This document shows, in pieces, positions 35,510-53,265 of a stretch of DNA of 64,000 nt. The DNA is from the human T2T-CHM13v2.0 reference genome, Homo sapiens. A program made the position numbers and the translations under genes. The DNA lies in assembly GCF_009914755.1 (NCBI RefSeq), contig NC_060939.1. One strand, written 5' to 3'. The notes under the pieces are model-generated. The model had not been told where the DNA came from, ran no database searches, and saw nothing but the letters and a program-made list of their open reading frames with translations. Numbering within the stretch: the stretch's first letter is position 1; each line of letters opens with the position of its first letter.

Positions 35510-36339
35510 TGAGCTTTGGCAAAGGAACATCCTGGTTTTGGTAGAAACTCCATCTCAGCCTGAGTCAGAGCAAACAGTTCTCAGACCAATTTCTATTTGG
35601 AATTGAATGAGTCCCGACGCCACATATCTTTGCCCTCTGTTAGTGATCTGGTTGACCCCAGTAGATCACACCAACTTAAAACTTCCAGTCATTCTCCCAT
35701 CCTTCTAAAAAGACCACAGAAACACATCTCCCTTCGTAATGTTATCACATTATCACATTATTATTCGGGTTGATATTAAGAGTAAAAACATGTACTTTAG
35801 AAAGAGTTGGTGGTCAGTCACCTTGATAAGTAGGGTATTCCTTATATATCACAGAAAGGCCTTTTCATTAATACCATCCTCACTTCCCCCAAATATATGG
35901 ACACCCAACCATAAGGGATAGGCATGAAACTAATCTCTAGACTCATACTACAGCTACCACATTATATAAATCAGAACTGTACACTGTATTGAACTACGAA
36001 CATTTAAAATTAGAGATGGGAAAGCACTCCTCAAAGTACAATGAGTTTGTCAAGAGTCTAAATGGTGAGAAATCCAAACCAAAAACCTCATCTCCATTTC
36101 TTGACCCCCTCTGTAAGTTAAATCTTAATGCAGTCAAGAAGTATTTCTATTTATGAAATATTTTTAAATCCTTAGATCAAGAACAAGAGATCAAAACTGC
36201 ATATAGCCTCTCTCTATATATATATAGTCCAGGGTCCTAGGACTTGTAGGTCCTTGCCCCTAAAGGACACCTTCAAGTCACTCAAGATCCCTGCTGAACA
36301 TTGGTTTATGGCTTAACTGTTAAGCCAAGATTCTAGAAA

Positions 36340-36498
36340 AGGTTGCCCAGTAGAATTTTCTGTGCTAGTTAGTAGGTAAAACTAACTACATATGGCAATT
36401 GAGTACATAAAAGATGTACTCAACTGAGGAAATTAATTTAACTTTAATTAATTTAAATAGCTATAGGTAGACAGTAGTTACAATATTGGACAGTACAG
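36340..36498. mobile_element. MER3-like hAT-Charlie element
   Basis: ccagtagaattttctgtg...catatggcaattgag...actgaggaa...ttaatttaaatagc...tattggacagtacag. Confidence 0.6.
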
Positions 36499-36593
36499 AT
36501 TTAGAATATAAAGCTTTTTTAAAATAACCATAGTGTAGTATGAATATTTCAGTGCACTTTGTTCAATTTCTGTCCTGGCTGTTATCTTCATAG

Positions 36594-36651
36594 ATCAAAA
36601 CTCGTGAGCATGAACCCTGTGGAAAAAGAGCATACCAGCCAAAATAATGAG
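36594..36651 (+). CDS. TMCO5A: TMCO5A coding exon 8 (SKLVSMNPVEKEHTSQNNE)
   Basis: cttcatag| ... GAG|gtaaac, 58 nt, phase 2 to 0. Confidence 0.92.
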
Positions 36652-37856
36652 GTAAACACTCCATTCTCTCTTCAGCTCCTCACAGTGTCATTGCCTTTCA
36701 AAGCCATCTCCAGCAAACTATAAGGCACCAAATATATACCCAATCTTGCCATGCGCATTTTCCAAGAACAGTACCAGCTATAATTACAGAGCATTCCAAC
36801 CCTAAACAAACAAACTAGACTCTAAGGAACAATCTACTTTCTTCTCATTCAGCCATACAAATAACAGGCTCTCAAAAAACTAGCCGAAGACCTAAGAGAA
36901 CTCAGAATGGAGGCAAGAAGCAACCTTAATTGAGGGTATGCTCTATAGAAAGAGGCCAATATAGGGCACATACACCACCTCTTCCATCTCCTACAATCAC
37001 AGTACTCTTTCCTGATGATCTTGACATGGTTCCTAATCTCTCACAACACAGAGCACCCACCATCTGTCATCATCTAGTCAGAATTGGCCTGTGAGTTAAA
37101 ACATAGAACGCTATTGCTTCTTTGTGACAGAGTTTCAGTGTCTGTTCATATTTAATATAGCAAAGCCACCAGCACACATGTAAAGGTCTGAAGGAAAAGA
37201 ACAATTTCATACAGAGCACCAATCCTCTTGGCCTGCTTGATGTCTTGTGGCAGCAAGGATAAAAGGTTAAAGTTAAACTTTGGTTGGGCTTTAATTTTGT
37301 AATTTATATTGGCTTTAGAGTCCAGGTTGACAAACATCAGAAATTACAGATAGTCAAGATAAATACTTAGAAAAGAGAACTAAACACTTCCTTAAAAGCA
37401 AATATCAAATATTGGCCATTGTGTTTGGGTCATCCAAATGTTTGGATATATGTTAGGCCATGTCCATGGTTCTTAAGAGTACTGAACAAGTCATTCTGGC
37501 CCCGAAGCTTGCATATTCTGCTTAGTAAACAAAATCCCTGAAATTAACTCGACCCACTTCTGTAGAACCAAGTTTTTGACATCTCCAATGTGTCCTACCA
37601 TCTCTCCCCACAGCTCATCAAAATATTCCTTCTAACTATGTGTCAGAGGAAAAAATTAAAGTTGTCTACATCAAGCTCATCAGGGTCCCATGATGGTTCA
37701 ATGACCTAGTGATGTCTGAGCAACTTTGGAGACAGGATGCCTGAGAACTGACTGTTTGGCAGGCCATGTAATCTTACTCAAACTATAGATCAAAATTTGT
37801 AATCCTAAAAGTTTCTTTCTAATTCAAATTCTGTAAGCCTCTTTTCCACAGCTCTA

Positions 37857-37987
37857 ATTTTTTTTAGTAGAAAGTTGAAGTCTCACTATGTTGTTCAGGC
37901 TGGTCTTTAACTCCTGGGCTCAAGGGTTCCTCCCACCTCAACCTCCCAAGTAGCTAGGACTACAGGCACCCACCACCATGCCTGGCT
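37857..37987 (-). mobile_element. Free Alu monomer (FLAM)
   Basis: tctcactatgttgttcaggctggtc...ctcctgggctcaag...caccatgcctggct. Confidence 0.85.
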
Positions 37988-38114
37988 GGCTCTAAAATGT
38001 GATCATAATTCCTCTTTTTATCTCACAAGGAAGGTTAAAGGACAATGAAATAACTGAGAAAATATTTTGAAACCAGAATGCCACAGAAATACAGGACATA
38101 GCCTCATCTTTAGA

Positions 38115-40466
38115 TTTTTTTTTCTTCAACTTTTAAGTTCAGGGGTACATGTGCAGGATGTGCAGGTTTGTTACATAGGTAAACGTGTGCCATGGTGGTT
38201 TGCTGCACAGATCATCCCATCACCTAGGTATTAAGCCCAGCATCTACTAGCTATTCTTCCTAATGCTCTCCCTCCCACTACCTCAACCCCACTGACAAGC
38301 TCCAGTGTGTGTTGTTCCCCTGCATGTGTCCATGTGTTCTCATCATTCAGCTCCCACTTATAAGTGAGAACATGCAGTGTTTGGGTTTCTGTTCTTGGGT
38401 TAGTTGGCTGAGTAAAATGGCTTCCAATACCACCCATGTCCCTGCAAAGGACATGATATCATTCCTTTTTATGGCCGCATAGTATTCCATGATGTATATA
38501 TATCACATATTCTTTATCCAGTCTATCATTGATGGGCACTTAGGTTGATTCCATGTATTTGCTATTGTGAACAGTGCTGCAATGATATTTGTGTGCATGT
38601 GTCTCTATGATAGAATGATTTATATTCCTTTGGGTATATACCCAGTAATGACATTGCTGGGTCAAATGGTATTTCTGCCTCTAGGTCTCTGAGGAATTGC
38701 CACACTGTCTTCCACAATGGTTGAACGAATTTATACTCCCAGCAACAGTGTAAAAGCATGCCTTTTTCTCTGCAACCTCACCAGCATCTGTTGTTGTTTG
38801 ATTTTTTAATAATAGCAATTCTACTGGTGTCAGATGGTTTTTCATTGTGGTTTTGATTTGCATTTCTCTAATGATCAGTAATGTTGAACTTTTTTTGTGT
38901 GTTTGTTGGCTGTATGTATGTCTTCTTTTGAGAAGTGTCTGTTCATCTTCTTTGCCCACTTTTTAGTGAGGTTGTTTTTTTCTTGTAAATTTGTTTAAGT
39001 TCCTTGTAGACTCTGGGTATTAGACATTTGTCAGATGCATAGTTTTCAAAAATTGTCTCCTATTCTGTAGGTTGTCTGCTCACTCTGATGATAGTTTATT
39101 TTCCCGTGCAGAAGCTCTTTAGTTTAAGTATATCCCACTTGTCTAATTTTGCTTTTGTTGCAATTGCTTTTGGCATTTTCATCAAGAAATCTTTGCCCAT
39201 GCCTGTGTCCATGGTATTGCCTAGATTTTCTTCTAGGGTTTTTACTATTTTGGGTTTTACATTTAAGTCTATAATCCATCTTGAGTTAATTTTTGTATAT
39301 TATGTAAGGAAGCAGTCCAGTTTCAATTTTCTGTATATGGCTAGCCAGTTTTCCCAGTATCATTTATTGAATAGGGAGTCCTTTCCCCATTGTTTGTTTT
39401 TGTCAGGTTTATTGAAGATCAGATGGTTGTAGGTGAGCAGTGTTATTTCTGAGTTTTCTATTTCATTGGTCTATGTGTCTGTTTTTGTACTAGTACCACG
39501 CTGTTTTGGTTACTGTAGCCTTGTAATATAGTTTGAAGTCAGGTAGCGTGATGACTCTAGCTTTGTTCTTTTTGCTTAGGGTTGTCTTGGCTATTAGGGC
39601 TCTTTTTGGTTCCACATGAATTTTAAAATCATTTTTTCTAATTCTGTGAAAAATGTCAATAGTAGTTTAATGTGAATAGCATTGAATCTAGAAATAACTT
39701 TGGACAGTATGGCCATTTTCATGATATTGATTCTTTCTATCCATGAACATGGAATGTTTTTCCATTTGTTTGAGTCCTCTCTGATTTCTTTCAGCGATGG
39801 TTTGTAGTTCTCCTTGAAGGAGTCTTTCACTTCCCTTGTAAGCTGTATTCCTAGGTATTTTATTTTTTTGTAGCAACTGTGAATGGGAGTTCATTCATGA
39901 TTTGGCTCTCTGCTTGACGGTTGTTGGTGTATAGGAATGCTGTGACTTCTGCACATTGAATTTGTAGCCTGAGACTTTGCTGAAGTTGCTCAAGATGCTT
40001 TTGGACTGAGATGATGGGGTTTTCTAGATATAGGATCATGTCACCTGCAAACAAAGATAATTTGACTTCCTCTTTTCCTATTTGAATAGCCTTTATTTCT
40101 TTCTCTTTACTGATTGCCCTGGCCAGAACTTCCAATGCTATGTTGAATAGGAGTGGTGAGAGAAGTCATCCTTGTCTTGTGCCAGTTTTCAAGGGGAATG
40201 CTTCCAGCTTCTTCCTATTTAGTATGATATTGGCTGTGGATTTGTCATATATGACTCTTATTATTTTGAGTTATGTTTTTTCAATACCTAGTTTATTGAG
40301 AGTTTTTAAAATTAAGGGATGTTGAATTTTATCAGAGGCCTTTTATGCATCTATTGAGATAATCATGGGTTTTTGTTTTTAGTTCTGTTTATGTGATGGA
40401 TTATATTTATTGATTTGTGTATGTTGAACCAAACTTGCATCCCAGGGATAAAGCCAAACTTGATCA
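38115..40466 (-). mobile_element. 5'-truncated L1PA8-like LINE-1, antisense in a TMCO5A intron
   Basis: ORF2 fragments at 38562-40135; TSD CTCATCTTTAGA at 38103-38114 and 40467-40478. Confidence 0.93.
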
Positions 40467-40574
40467 CTCATCTTTAGATTTTTTATAGCTTTTAAGACTT
40501 ATCTCTTAAGATATGTTTATATAGTTTTCTTAGCCTATAAGCTTCTCTAAGGGTCACTGGCTGAGCAGAAGATA

Positions 40575-40720
40575 GAATGGTATAGTTGAGAGAGCCAAGA
40601 ATGTGGAGTCAGAGTATCCAGGTTCCAGGCCCCATCCTGCCCCTAACTGGCTATGTGACCTTGGGCAACATCCTTTGTCTTTCTGTGCCTTAGTTTAGTC
40701 ATATAAATATGTAAAAAGGT
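40575..40720 (+). mobile_element. MIR SINE fragment
   Basis: tggagtcagag...gctatgtgaccttgggcaa...ctgtgccttagttt. Confidence 0.75.
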
Positions 40721-40908
40721 AGGACAAATAACAATAATAATAAACATATTTTAAAATTTTGGCCTGAAAATTATATGTGCTTATGCATATAAAAAGAATT
40801 TGTTAAAGTTATCTAAATAACATATAACTAATGGCTCACTAAATATTATTGGATGATGATAATAGCCTCCAGAAATTGCTTATTTATCAATATCCTTTCT
40901 TCTTCCAG

Positions 40909-40949
40909 GGTACTCCTACCCAAAAGACAGCAAGATTATTCAGTAAAAA
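40909..40949 (+). CDS. TMCO5A: TMCO5A coding exon 9 (GTPTQKTARLFSK-K)
   Basis: ctttcttcttccag| ... AA|gtaagt, 41 nt, phase 0 to 2. Confidence 0.92.
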
Positions 40950-42399
40950 GTAAGTAAAATATCTTCAGGTAAACTTCCTATAAAATTGGGAGCCCTATTT
41001 AGCTATTCGGGCAGAGGGAAAAGTCTAGACAAGGAGAGCCTTGTATATGCGTGTGCACACATACACACACACACACAAGTCAGCAAACTAATGTCTTTGA
41101 CTGTATTTCTCAATTCTAATGTTATGACTTACTTGTTTAAAGGTAATTAATAATCTCAACTTTCCATTATTAAAAATCAACAGCCTTGTGGTATTAAGAA
41201 ATAGAAATTTGATTATGTAAAAGAGATGTGGCAGATCTCTTATTTACTGCCTTTTCCCTTTAACAATTTGGATTAGCTTGATGTATCTGGTTTCCTAGTA
41301 CCATTGGTAGATTAGAATGAAGACTGTCACATGCTAGTATACCACTGTCTAATAAGAGATAGAAGACAGACAAGCATTATGAGAAAGAGCATCTAACAGT
41401 ATCCAACACATAATGGTTGCTTGAAAATACTTGTTAAATTGAATAAAAATTTAAGATTCAAATACCTGAGTAGATATTCATCCTGAGGGAATCACTGTGA
41501 TAGCAAAGTAAAATTCGTATTCACGAAGCTCCTACATTTTCAAGAAAAGGTCAAATTATATTCAATATAATCTGTTTAAGAAGGCATAAAGAAACATATA
41601 TTCAAAATGGTATGAAATATGATTTAGAGAGAGTTCCATCAAAATGTTTAACATAAAATTATTGGTGGTTAAAGGTCAGCTCCAATTGTCTAGAAAATTT
41701 GCTTAAGTAGAATACCCCTTCATACCAGATAAATGAAATATTACATCTTTCAATATTCCTGAATACAATATTCCTAAAACAACTAGCAGAATTTTCTCTA
41801 GAACTCCTAGTTTGTTCTCTTATACTCCAACACAAGGGCCCACAATGGAATTGACTGTGTGGATTTCTAGAATAAGGACTGTCTGCCTAAAGAGACTTGG
41901 TATCCTGAAGGAAATCTTAGAAAAGAGATCCTGAAAGTCTAGCTAATCATGTCAAACTATAAATGTCTTTCCTCTCATTCTGCTTCAACATCTTGTGGGG
42001 CACTGGTACACTGGGCACTAACTCAAGAGACAAGAAAGCTAGGCTACTCCTAGGATTTTCCCTGGGAATGCAATCCCAGAACCTTCTCATGCGTATTGGC
42101 TGAAATTTCATGGAGAGTGGTGGGAAGATGTGTCAAGGGCTTCTGATTCTAATTTTGACCAAGGTGTTGTACTGAAATGAGTGCTGGCTCCTGTCACCAA
42201 GATCAACCATAGCAGCAAACTTGAGAAAAGTAGAGGGAAAGGGGCTGTTTTTGACCTTTAAGGGTGAATAGTGAATTTGTCCTGGGGCAGAGGCATCCCA
42301 AAACAGCTGGGTAAGAATAATACAGGAAAGAAATGGGGAAGGTTTCCTCATGCAATTCATATTAAAGCCATAAGGCCTAAATAACTCATCAGTTGAAAG

Positions 42400-44000
42400 A
42401 AAAAAAAATCAAGACCACCATAAGAAGGTTTATAAAAAATTATTACAAAATGTTACAGATAACATGAATGAAAGAAAATAACATAATCATGGATAGAAAC
42501 TCATATCAAAAAAGTAAGAATTGCCTCCAAATGATTAATAAATTCAACTCAATTTCAATCAAACTCTCCAAATGGTTTTTCATGGAATTGAATAAAATAA
42601 TTCTAAAATATACTCTATATGGAAGAATAAAGGGTCAAGAATAACCTGGACAGTTTTAAAGAGCACGGAGTGGGGAACATGCCCTTCCAGATATCAGGAC
42701 TTACTATGACGCTATAGTAATTATTATAGTGTGGTATTGGGACTGGAATAGGAAAACTGCCTAGTGGAATGGAAGAAAGAGTTCAGAAATTGTGCACATA
42801 GCAAACTTTGGTATGTGACAGTGATTGCATGTCAAAGGAAAAGGCAGAACGAACTGTTCAATAAGAACAGCAGGGAAAAAAATGGTTATCTGTATGAGAT
42901 TGGATCACTAAATACAGTATATACAAAAGGCAAGCCCAGATGTGTTAAAGATGTAAATGCTAAAAAAAAAAAATAAAAATCTTCAAAACTCTGTATTATT
43001 TTCTATGCTACATAATAAATTACCCCCAAAACTTAGTGACTTCAAAGAACAAACATTTATTAGCACAGTTTCTGTGGGCCAAGTGGTACTAGCCAAGTGG
43101 TTCTAGCTAGTATCTGTCAGGAAGTTGCAGTTAGGATGTTGACCAAAATTGCAGTCATTAAAAGGTTTGGCTGGAGCTAGAAGTTATATTTCCAAGGTAA
43201 CTAACTCACACATCTGGCAAGCTTTTTCTGGTAGTTGACAAAGTCTCAGTTCCTCACTGCATAGACCCTTCCATAAGGCCGCTTGAGTGTCCTCACAACA
43301 TGACTGCTGTCTTCCTCCAAAGGGTGTGCAGGAAACTGCAATACCTTTATGGTGTAATCTAGGAAGCTGCACTACATACTGTGACTTTCACCATATTCCA
43401 TTCTTTAGAAGTAAGTTATTAAATCCAGCCCAAACTCCAATGGAGGGGAATACTCTTGAAAGGAGGAGTAACAAAGAATCTGTAGACATATTTTTAAACT
43501 AACATAGACTTTTAATAGAAAATATATTTCAGGTCTTGGGATAGGGAATTTTTTTAAAAAGGACACAGAAAGCATCGATCCTAATTAAAGAAAAGATGGA
43601 CAAACTAGACCCTATTAAAATCGAGAATTTTTTTCTTTAACATCTTAGAGCAAGTGAAAGTTATGAAGTTGGGAGGATACATAACAATACACATAATGGA
43701 AAAGGATTGATATCAAGAACATGAAACAAACTCTTACAAATCAATAAGAAAAGCTAAAACTACCTTGTAGATAAATGGGCAAGAAGAAACACATAAAACC
43801 AATAAACCTATAACAGATGTTCGCATCATTGTTCATCAGGGAAATGCATATTGAAGCCATAATGAGAGATTATTTTACATCCATTTGATTAGCAAAAGTG
43901 TTTAAATCTGATAATATCAAGTGTTGGAGAGGATATGGGTCCACAGAAACTTATACCTTGCTAGAGGGTTATAAGCCAATGAAACTGTTTTGAAAAACAA
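42400..44000 (+). mobile_element. Old L1M ORF2 3' fragment, interrupted by an MLT1 LTR at about 42992-43506
   Basis: Degenerate ORF2 C-terminal homology; LTR tgtattattttctatgct...ccccaaaacttagtgactt...catttattagcacagtttctgtggg. Confidence 0.7.
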
Positions 44001-44148
44001 CTTGCCAAAACAAAACCAAAAATAAACAAAACAAAAAATCAGAGAACAAAATTATTTTAGTGACAAATGCTACCCAGAAAATAAAACACGGTAATGGACA
44101 GAGAATAACCAATAGGACAGAATATGGGAGGGGGAGCTGCCATTATAA

Positions 44149-44481
<333 letters not shown>

Positions 44482-44648
44482 TTCCCTAAGAAATATCCTT
44501 GAGCAATAGAAGGGAAGTGGGATCCGAGCCTGTAGAAGGGAGGCATGAAACTTGTGGAGGAAAGAGATTTGCTTCAGTTTTTTCCTCACCGTTTGCCTGC
44601 TTGACTACCTTCTGTCACCACGTCATCTTTCCAGGATTAACCTTGACC

Positions 44649-44654
44649 AGTAAA
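44649..44654 (+). terminator. Candidate non-canonical poly(A) signal AGTAAA for the main TMCO5A isoform
   Basis: About 170 nt after the stop and followed by a GT-rich stretch (tttatgtgg...tgtgg). AATAAA alternatives lie at 44924 and 44939. Confidence 0.5.
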
Positions 44655-47600
44655 AAGCTCTGTAATAGATTTATGTGGCTCTGTGGATCGGCTGAATAGT
44701 ACTTGATAGTAAACAAATTTGACCATTTGGGGAATTATATAGATGCTAAGAAAAGTTAATTGATAAATTATTCTAGTGAATCTCAAAAATCTGACACACT
44801 GGATTCCTGAAATACAGAAGATTACTTACTGCTTATATTAGAACTCATAGGTTATAAGTGACCTTAGCTTAAGATAATTTATAGCAAATACATAAGTATT
44901 TATACTTACATATTTAAATATAAAATAAAAAGTCTGTGAATAAATAAGCCAGGCAAGAAATCAGAAGACTCCACCAATTATCCCCCTTCAAGGACACCAA
45001 TTTAACAACTATCTAAACAAAGAAAGCACCTTTTTAAGAATCAAAAATCAGGAGAGCACTCAGAGTCTGTAGTTTTAACTTCATATTGCTGAGACACGGA
45101 AGAGATAGGAAAAACAGTCTGGAATCACCAACACCCCCCCTTTCCCATCCTCCAGCAGCAAGGGTGTGGTGTGGAGAGCATTTCTGTGTGGTGAGGAGAG
45201 AAAGACTGCAGCATTTGTGAGACATTGAACTCAGTGCTTCCCCATTATAACAGAAAACAAAACCAGACCAAACTCACCTGACACCTGCCCACAGAGGGCT
45301 AATTTAAACCAGCCCTAGCTAGAGGAGAATTGCTGATCCCAGCTGTCGGAATTTAAGTTTCTGCAAGCCTTGCCGCTGCCAAGCTAAAGTACTCTGGAGG
45401 CTTATATAAACTTGAAATTCCTAGGTGAGTCCTAGTGCTGCACTAGGCCCAGACACAGTGGACTTGGCAGGGAGTGGGGGTGGTCACAGAGTGGCTAAGG
45501 GAGTGCTGGAATCACCCCTCCCCTAATCCCAGGCAGCACAGCTCATGGCTCCAAAAGAGACCGTTTCCGACTGCTCAAGGAGGACTCAAGTTGGGAAGAC
45601 TTTGTCTTGCATCTTGAATAGCAGCTCAGCCACAGGAAGATAGGGCACCAGTCAGAGTCATGAGGCCCCCTTTCCAGGCCCTAGCTCCCAGATGACATTT
45701 CTAGACACACCCTGGGCCAGAAGGGAGCCTGCTACTTTGAAGAGGACTCAGTCCTGGAAGGACACATCACCTGCTAACTGAAAAGCCTCTGGGCCCTAAA
45801 TAACCAGCAGCGATACTTAAGTACTATGTGGAGGGCTTTAGGTGAGACCCTGAGAATTTCTGGCTTCAGGTGAGACTCAGCATAGTCCCAGCTATTGTGG
45901 CTATGGGTCAAGATTCCTTCTACTTGAGAAAAACAGAGGAAAAAGCAAAGTGGACTTTGTCTTCCAGCTTGGTCACAGTGAGGTAGAGCACAGAGTGAGC
46001 CCTTGGGTTCCCAATTTCAGGACTTGGCTCTTGGAATACATTTCTGGAACTGCCCTAGGCAAGAGGGGATCCCACTGCCCTGAAGGGCAAGTCCCAGGCC
46101 AGGCAGCATTCACTACAAGCTAACTGAAGAGCCTTGGGGCCTTCTTTAAGGAAACATTAGTGGTAGTCCGGCAGTACTCCCCATAGGCCTATGGTGGCAG
46201 TGGCCATGGTGGGAGGCATCTCTGCTTTTGGAAAGGGGAGGGAAGAATGGGAAGAACTGAGTCTTTTGGTTTGAATGCTACCTTATCTGCAGTACAGTAC
46301 AATATCAGATGGACTTCTAAAGCTCTTGACTCTAGACCCTGGCCCCTGAAAGCACCTCTGGACATGCACAGGGCCAGGGGTAACTCACCACCCTGAAGGG
46401 AAGGACACAAGCCTGGTTGCTTTGCCACCTGCTGATTGTAGAGCCCCCAGGGCCTTGAGTGAACATAGACCATAGCCAGGTAGTGACTACAGCAGGACTC
46501 GGGTAAGACCCAGTGCTGTGCTGGCTTCAGGTCTAACGGTTCAGCACAGTCCTAGTGGTTTTGGCCACAGAGGTACTTGTGTTACACCACCCAGAGCTCC
46601 AGGTGACTCAGAAAAGAGAGAGATGCCATTCATTTGGGGGGAAGTAAGGAAAGAGAATACGAACCTTTGCCTGATAATCCAAAGAATTCTTCCAGATTTT
46701 GCTTAAAACCATCAAGGTGGTACCTCTACAAGTTGGCAAGAACCACAGTATTACTGGGCTTAGGGTGGCCCCTAAAGCAGATATGGCTTAGATCACAACA
46801 TCAAAGTCCTTTTGAATATCTGGAAGGCCTTCCCAAGTAGAATGGGTACAAACGAGCCCAGATTGAGAAGACTACAATAAATGCCTAACTCTTCAATGCC
46901 CCAGCACCAAACATCTACAGGCATCAAAAACATCCAGGAAAACATGACCTCACCAAACTAAAGTAAGGCACCAGGGACCAATCCTGGAGAAACAGAGATA
47001 TGTGACCTTTCAGGAAGAAATTTAAAATACCTGTTTTGAAGAAACTCAAATTCAAGATAACACAGAGAAGAAACTCAGAATTCTATCAGAAAAATTTAAC
47101 AAAGAGATTAAAATAATTTAAAAGAATCAAGCAGAAACTCTGGAGTTAAAATGCATTTAGCATAATGAAGAATACACCAGAGTCTTTTAATAGCAGAATT
47201 GATCAAGCAGAAGAAAGAATTAGTGAGCTTAAAGACAGGCTAATTGAAAATACACAGTCAGAGGACATAAAAGGAAAAAAATAAAATAAAAAACAAAGCA
47301 CACCTACAGGATCTAGAAAGTAACCTCAAAAGAAAAAATCTAAGAGTTACTGGCCTTAAAGGGGAGATAAACAGATAGGCATAGAAAGTTTATTCAAAGG
47401 AATAACAACAAAGAACTTCCCAAACTTAGAGAAAAATATCAATATCCAAATATAGAACACCTACAGATTTAACCCGAAGAAGACTATGTCAAGGCATTTA
47501 ATAATCAAATTCCCAAAGGTCAAGGATAGAGAAAGGATCACAAATGCAGCAAGAGAAAAGAAAAAAATAATGTACAATGGAGCTGTAATATATCTGGCAG

Positions 47601-48672
47601 CAGACATTTCAATGAAAATCTTACAGACCAGGGGAGACTGCCATGATATATTTGAAATGCTAGATGAAATAAACATTTATCCTGCAATAGTATTCTGGTG
47701 AAAATGTCCTTCAAACATGAAGGAGAAATACAGGCTTTCTAGACAAACAAAATCTGAGGGACTTCATCAACACCACACCTAGTCTACAAGAAATGCTAAA
47801 GGGAGTACATTAGTCAGAAAGAAAAGGACATTAATGAGCAATAAGAAATTATCTGAAGGTACAAAACTACTGCTAATAGTAAGTACACAGAAAAACACAA
47901 CATTATAACATTGTAACTGTGGTATGTATACTACCTTAAGTAGGAAAACTAAACAATGAACCAATCAAAAATAATAACTATAACAACTTTTCAAAACATA
48001 GACAGTATAATAAAATATAAATAGAAACAACAAGAAGTTAAAAAGTGGGGGTACAAAGTTAAGAAACAGAGCCTTTGATTTCTTTTTTCATGTTTGTTTA
48101 TTCAAGTAATGTTAAGTTGTTATTAGCTTAAAATAATGGGTTATAAGATAGTATTTGCTAACCTCATGGTAATCTCAAAAAACATACAATGAATACACAA
48201 AAAAATGCAAAAGAAAAACTAAATTATATCACCAGACAGAATCACCTTTACTAGAAGGAAGACAGGAAGAAAAGAAAGAAGGAAGAGAAGACCACAAAAC
48301 AACAAGGAAACAACAAAATGGCAGAAGTAATTTTTTACTTATCAACAATAACATTGAATGTAAGTGGACTAAACTCTCCAATCAAAGGACATAGACTGGC
48401 TGAATGAATTTACAAACAGGACCCAAGGATCTGTTGCCTAAAAGAAACACACTTCAGGCAAGAATAACTATTCTTATATAAGACAAAATAGATTTAAAGA
48501 GTAAAAAAAAAAAAAAAAAAACTTAACAAGATTGAACCATGAAGAAATCCAAACCTGAAAAGACCAATAACAAGTAATGAGATCAAAGCTGTAATAAATA
48601 GTCTCCCAGTAACGAAAAGCTCAGGACCTGATGACTTCACTCCTGAATTCTACCAAACATTTAAAGATGAAC

Positions 48673-52525
<3,853 letters not shown>

Positions 52526-53265
52526 TAAAGATGAACTAATACCAATCCTATTCAAACTATTCCAAAACACAGGAGAGGAGGGAATACTTCCAAACTCATT
52601 CTGTAAGGTCAATATTACCCTGACACCAAAACCAGACAAAGACACGTCAAAAAAGAAAACTACAGGCCAAAATATCTGATGAATATTGGTGCAAAATCCT
52701 CCACAAAATACTAGCAAACCAAATTCAACAATACATTAAAAAGATCATATATCATGACCTGGGATGCAGGGATAGTTCGACATACACAAATCAATCAATG
52801 TGATTCATTATATCAACAGAATGAAGGAAAAAACCCTATGTTCATTTCAATTGATGCTGAAAAAGCAATTGATATAATTCAACAATGCTTCATGATAAAA
52901 GCCCTCAAAGAACTGGAGATAGAAAGAACATAGCTCAACGTAATAAAAGCCATATATGACAGACCCACAGCTAGTATCATACTGAATAAGGAAAAACTGA
53001 AAGCCTTTCCTCTAATATCTGGAACATGTCCACTTTCATGACTGTTATTCAGTATAGTACTGGACATCCTAGCTAGAGCAATCAGAAAAGAGAAATAAAG
53101 AAAGAACATCCAAATTGGAAAGAAAGAAGTCAAATTCTGCTTGTTTTCAGATGATATTATATTTGGGAAAAAAATTAAAGAATCCACCAAAAAAAACTAT
53201 TTAGAACTGATGAACAAATTCAGTAAAGTTGCAGGATACAAAATCAACATACAAAAATCAGTAAC

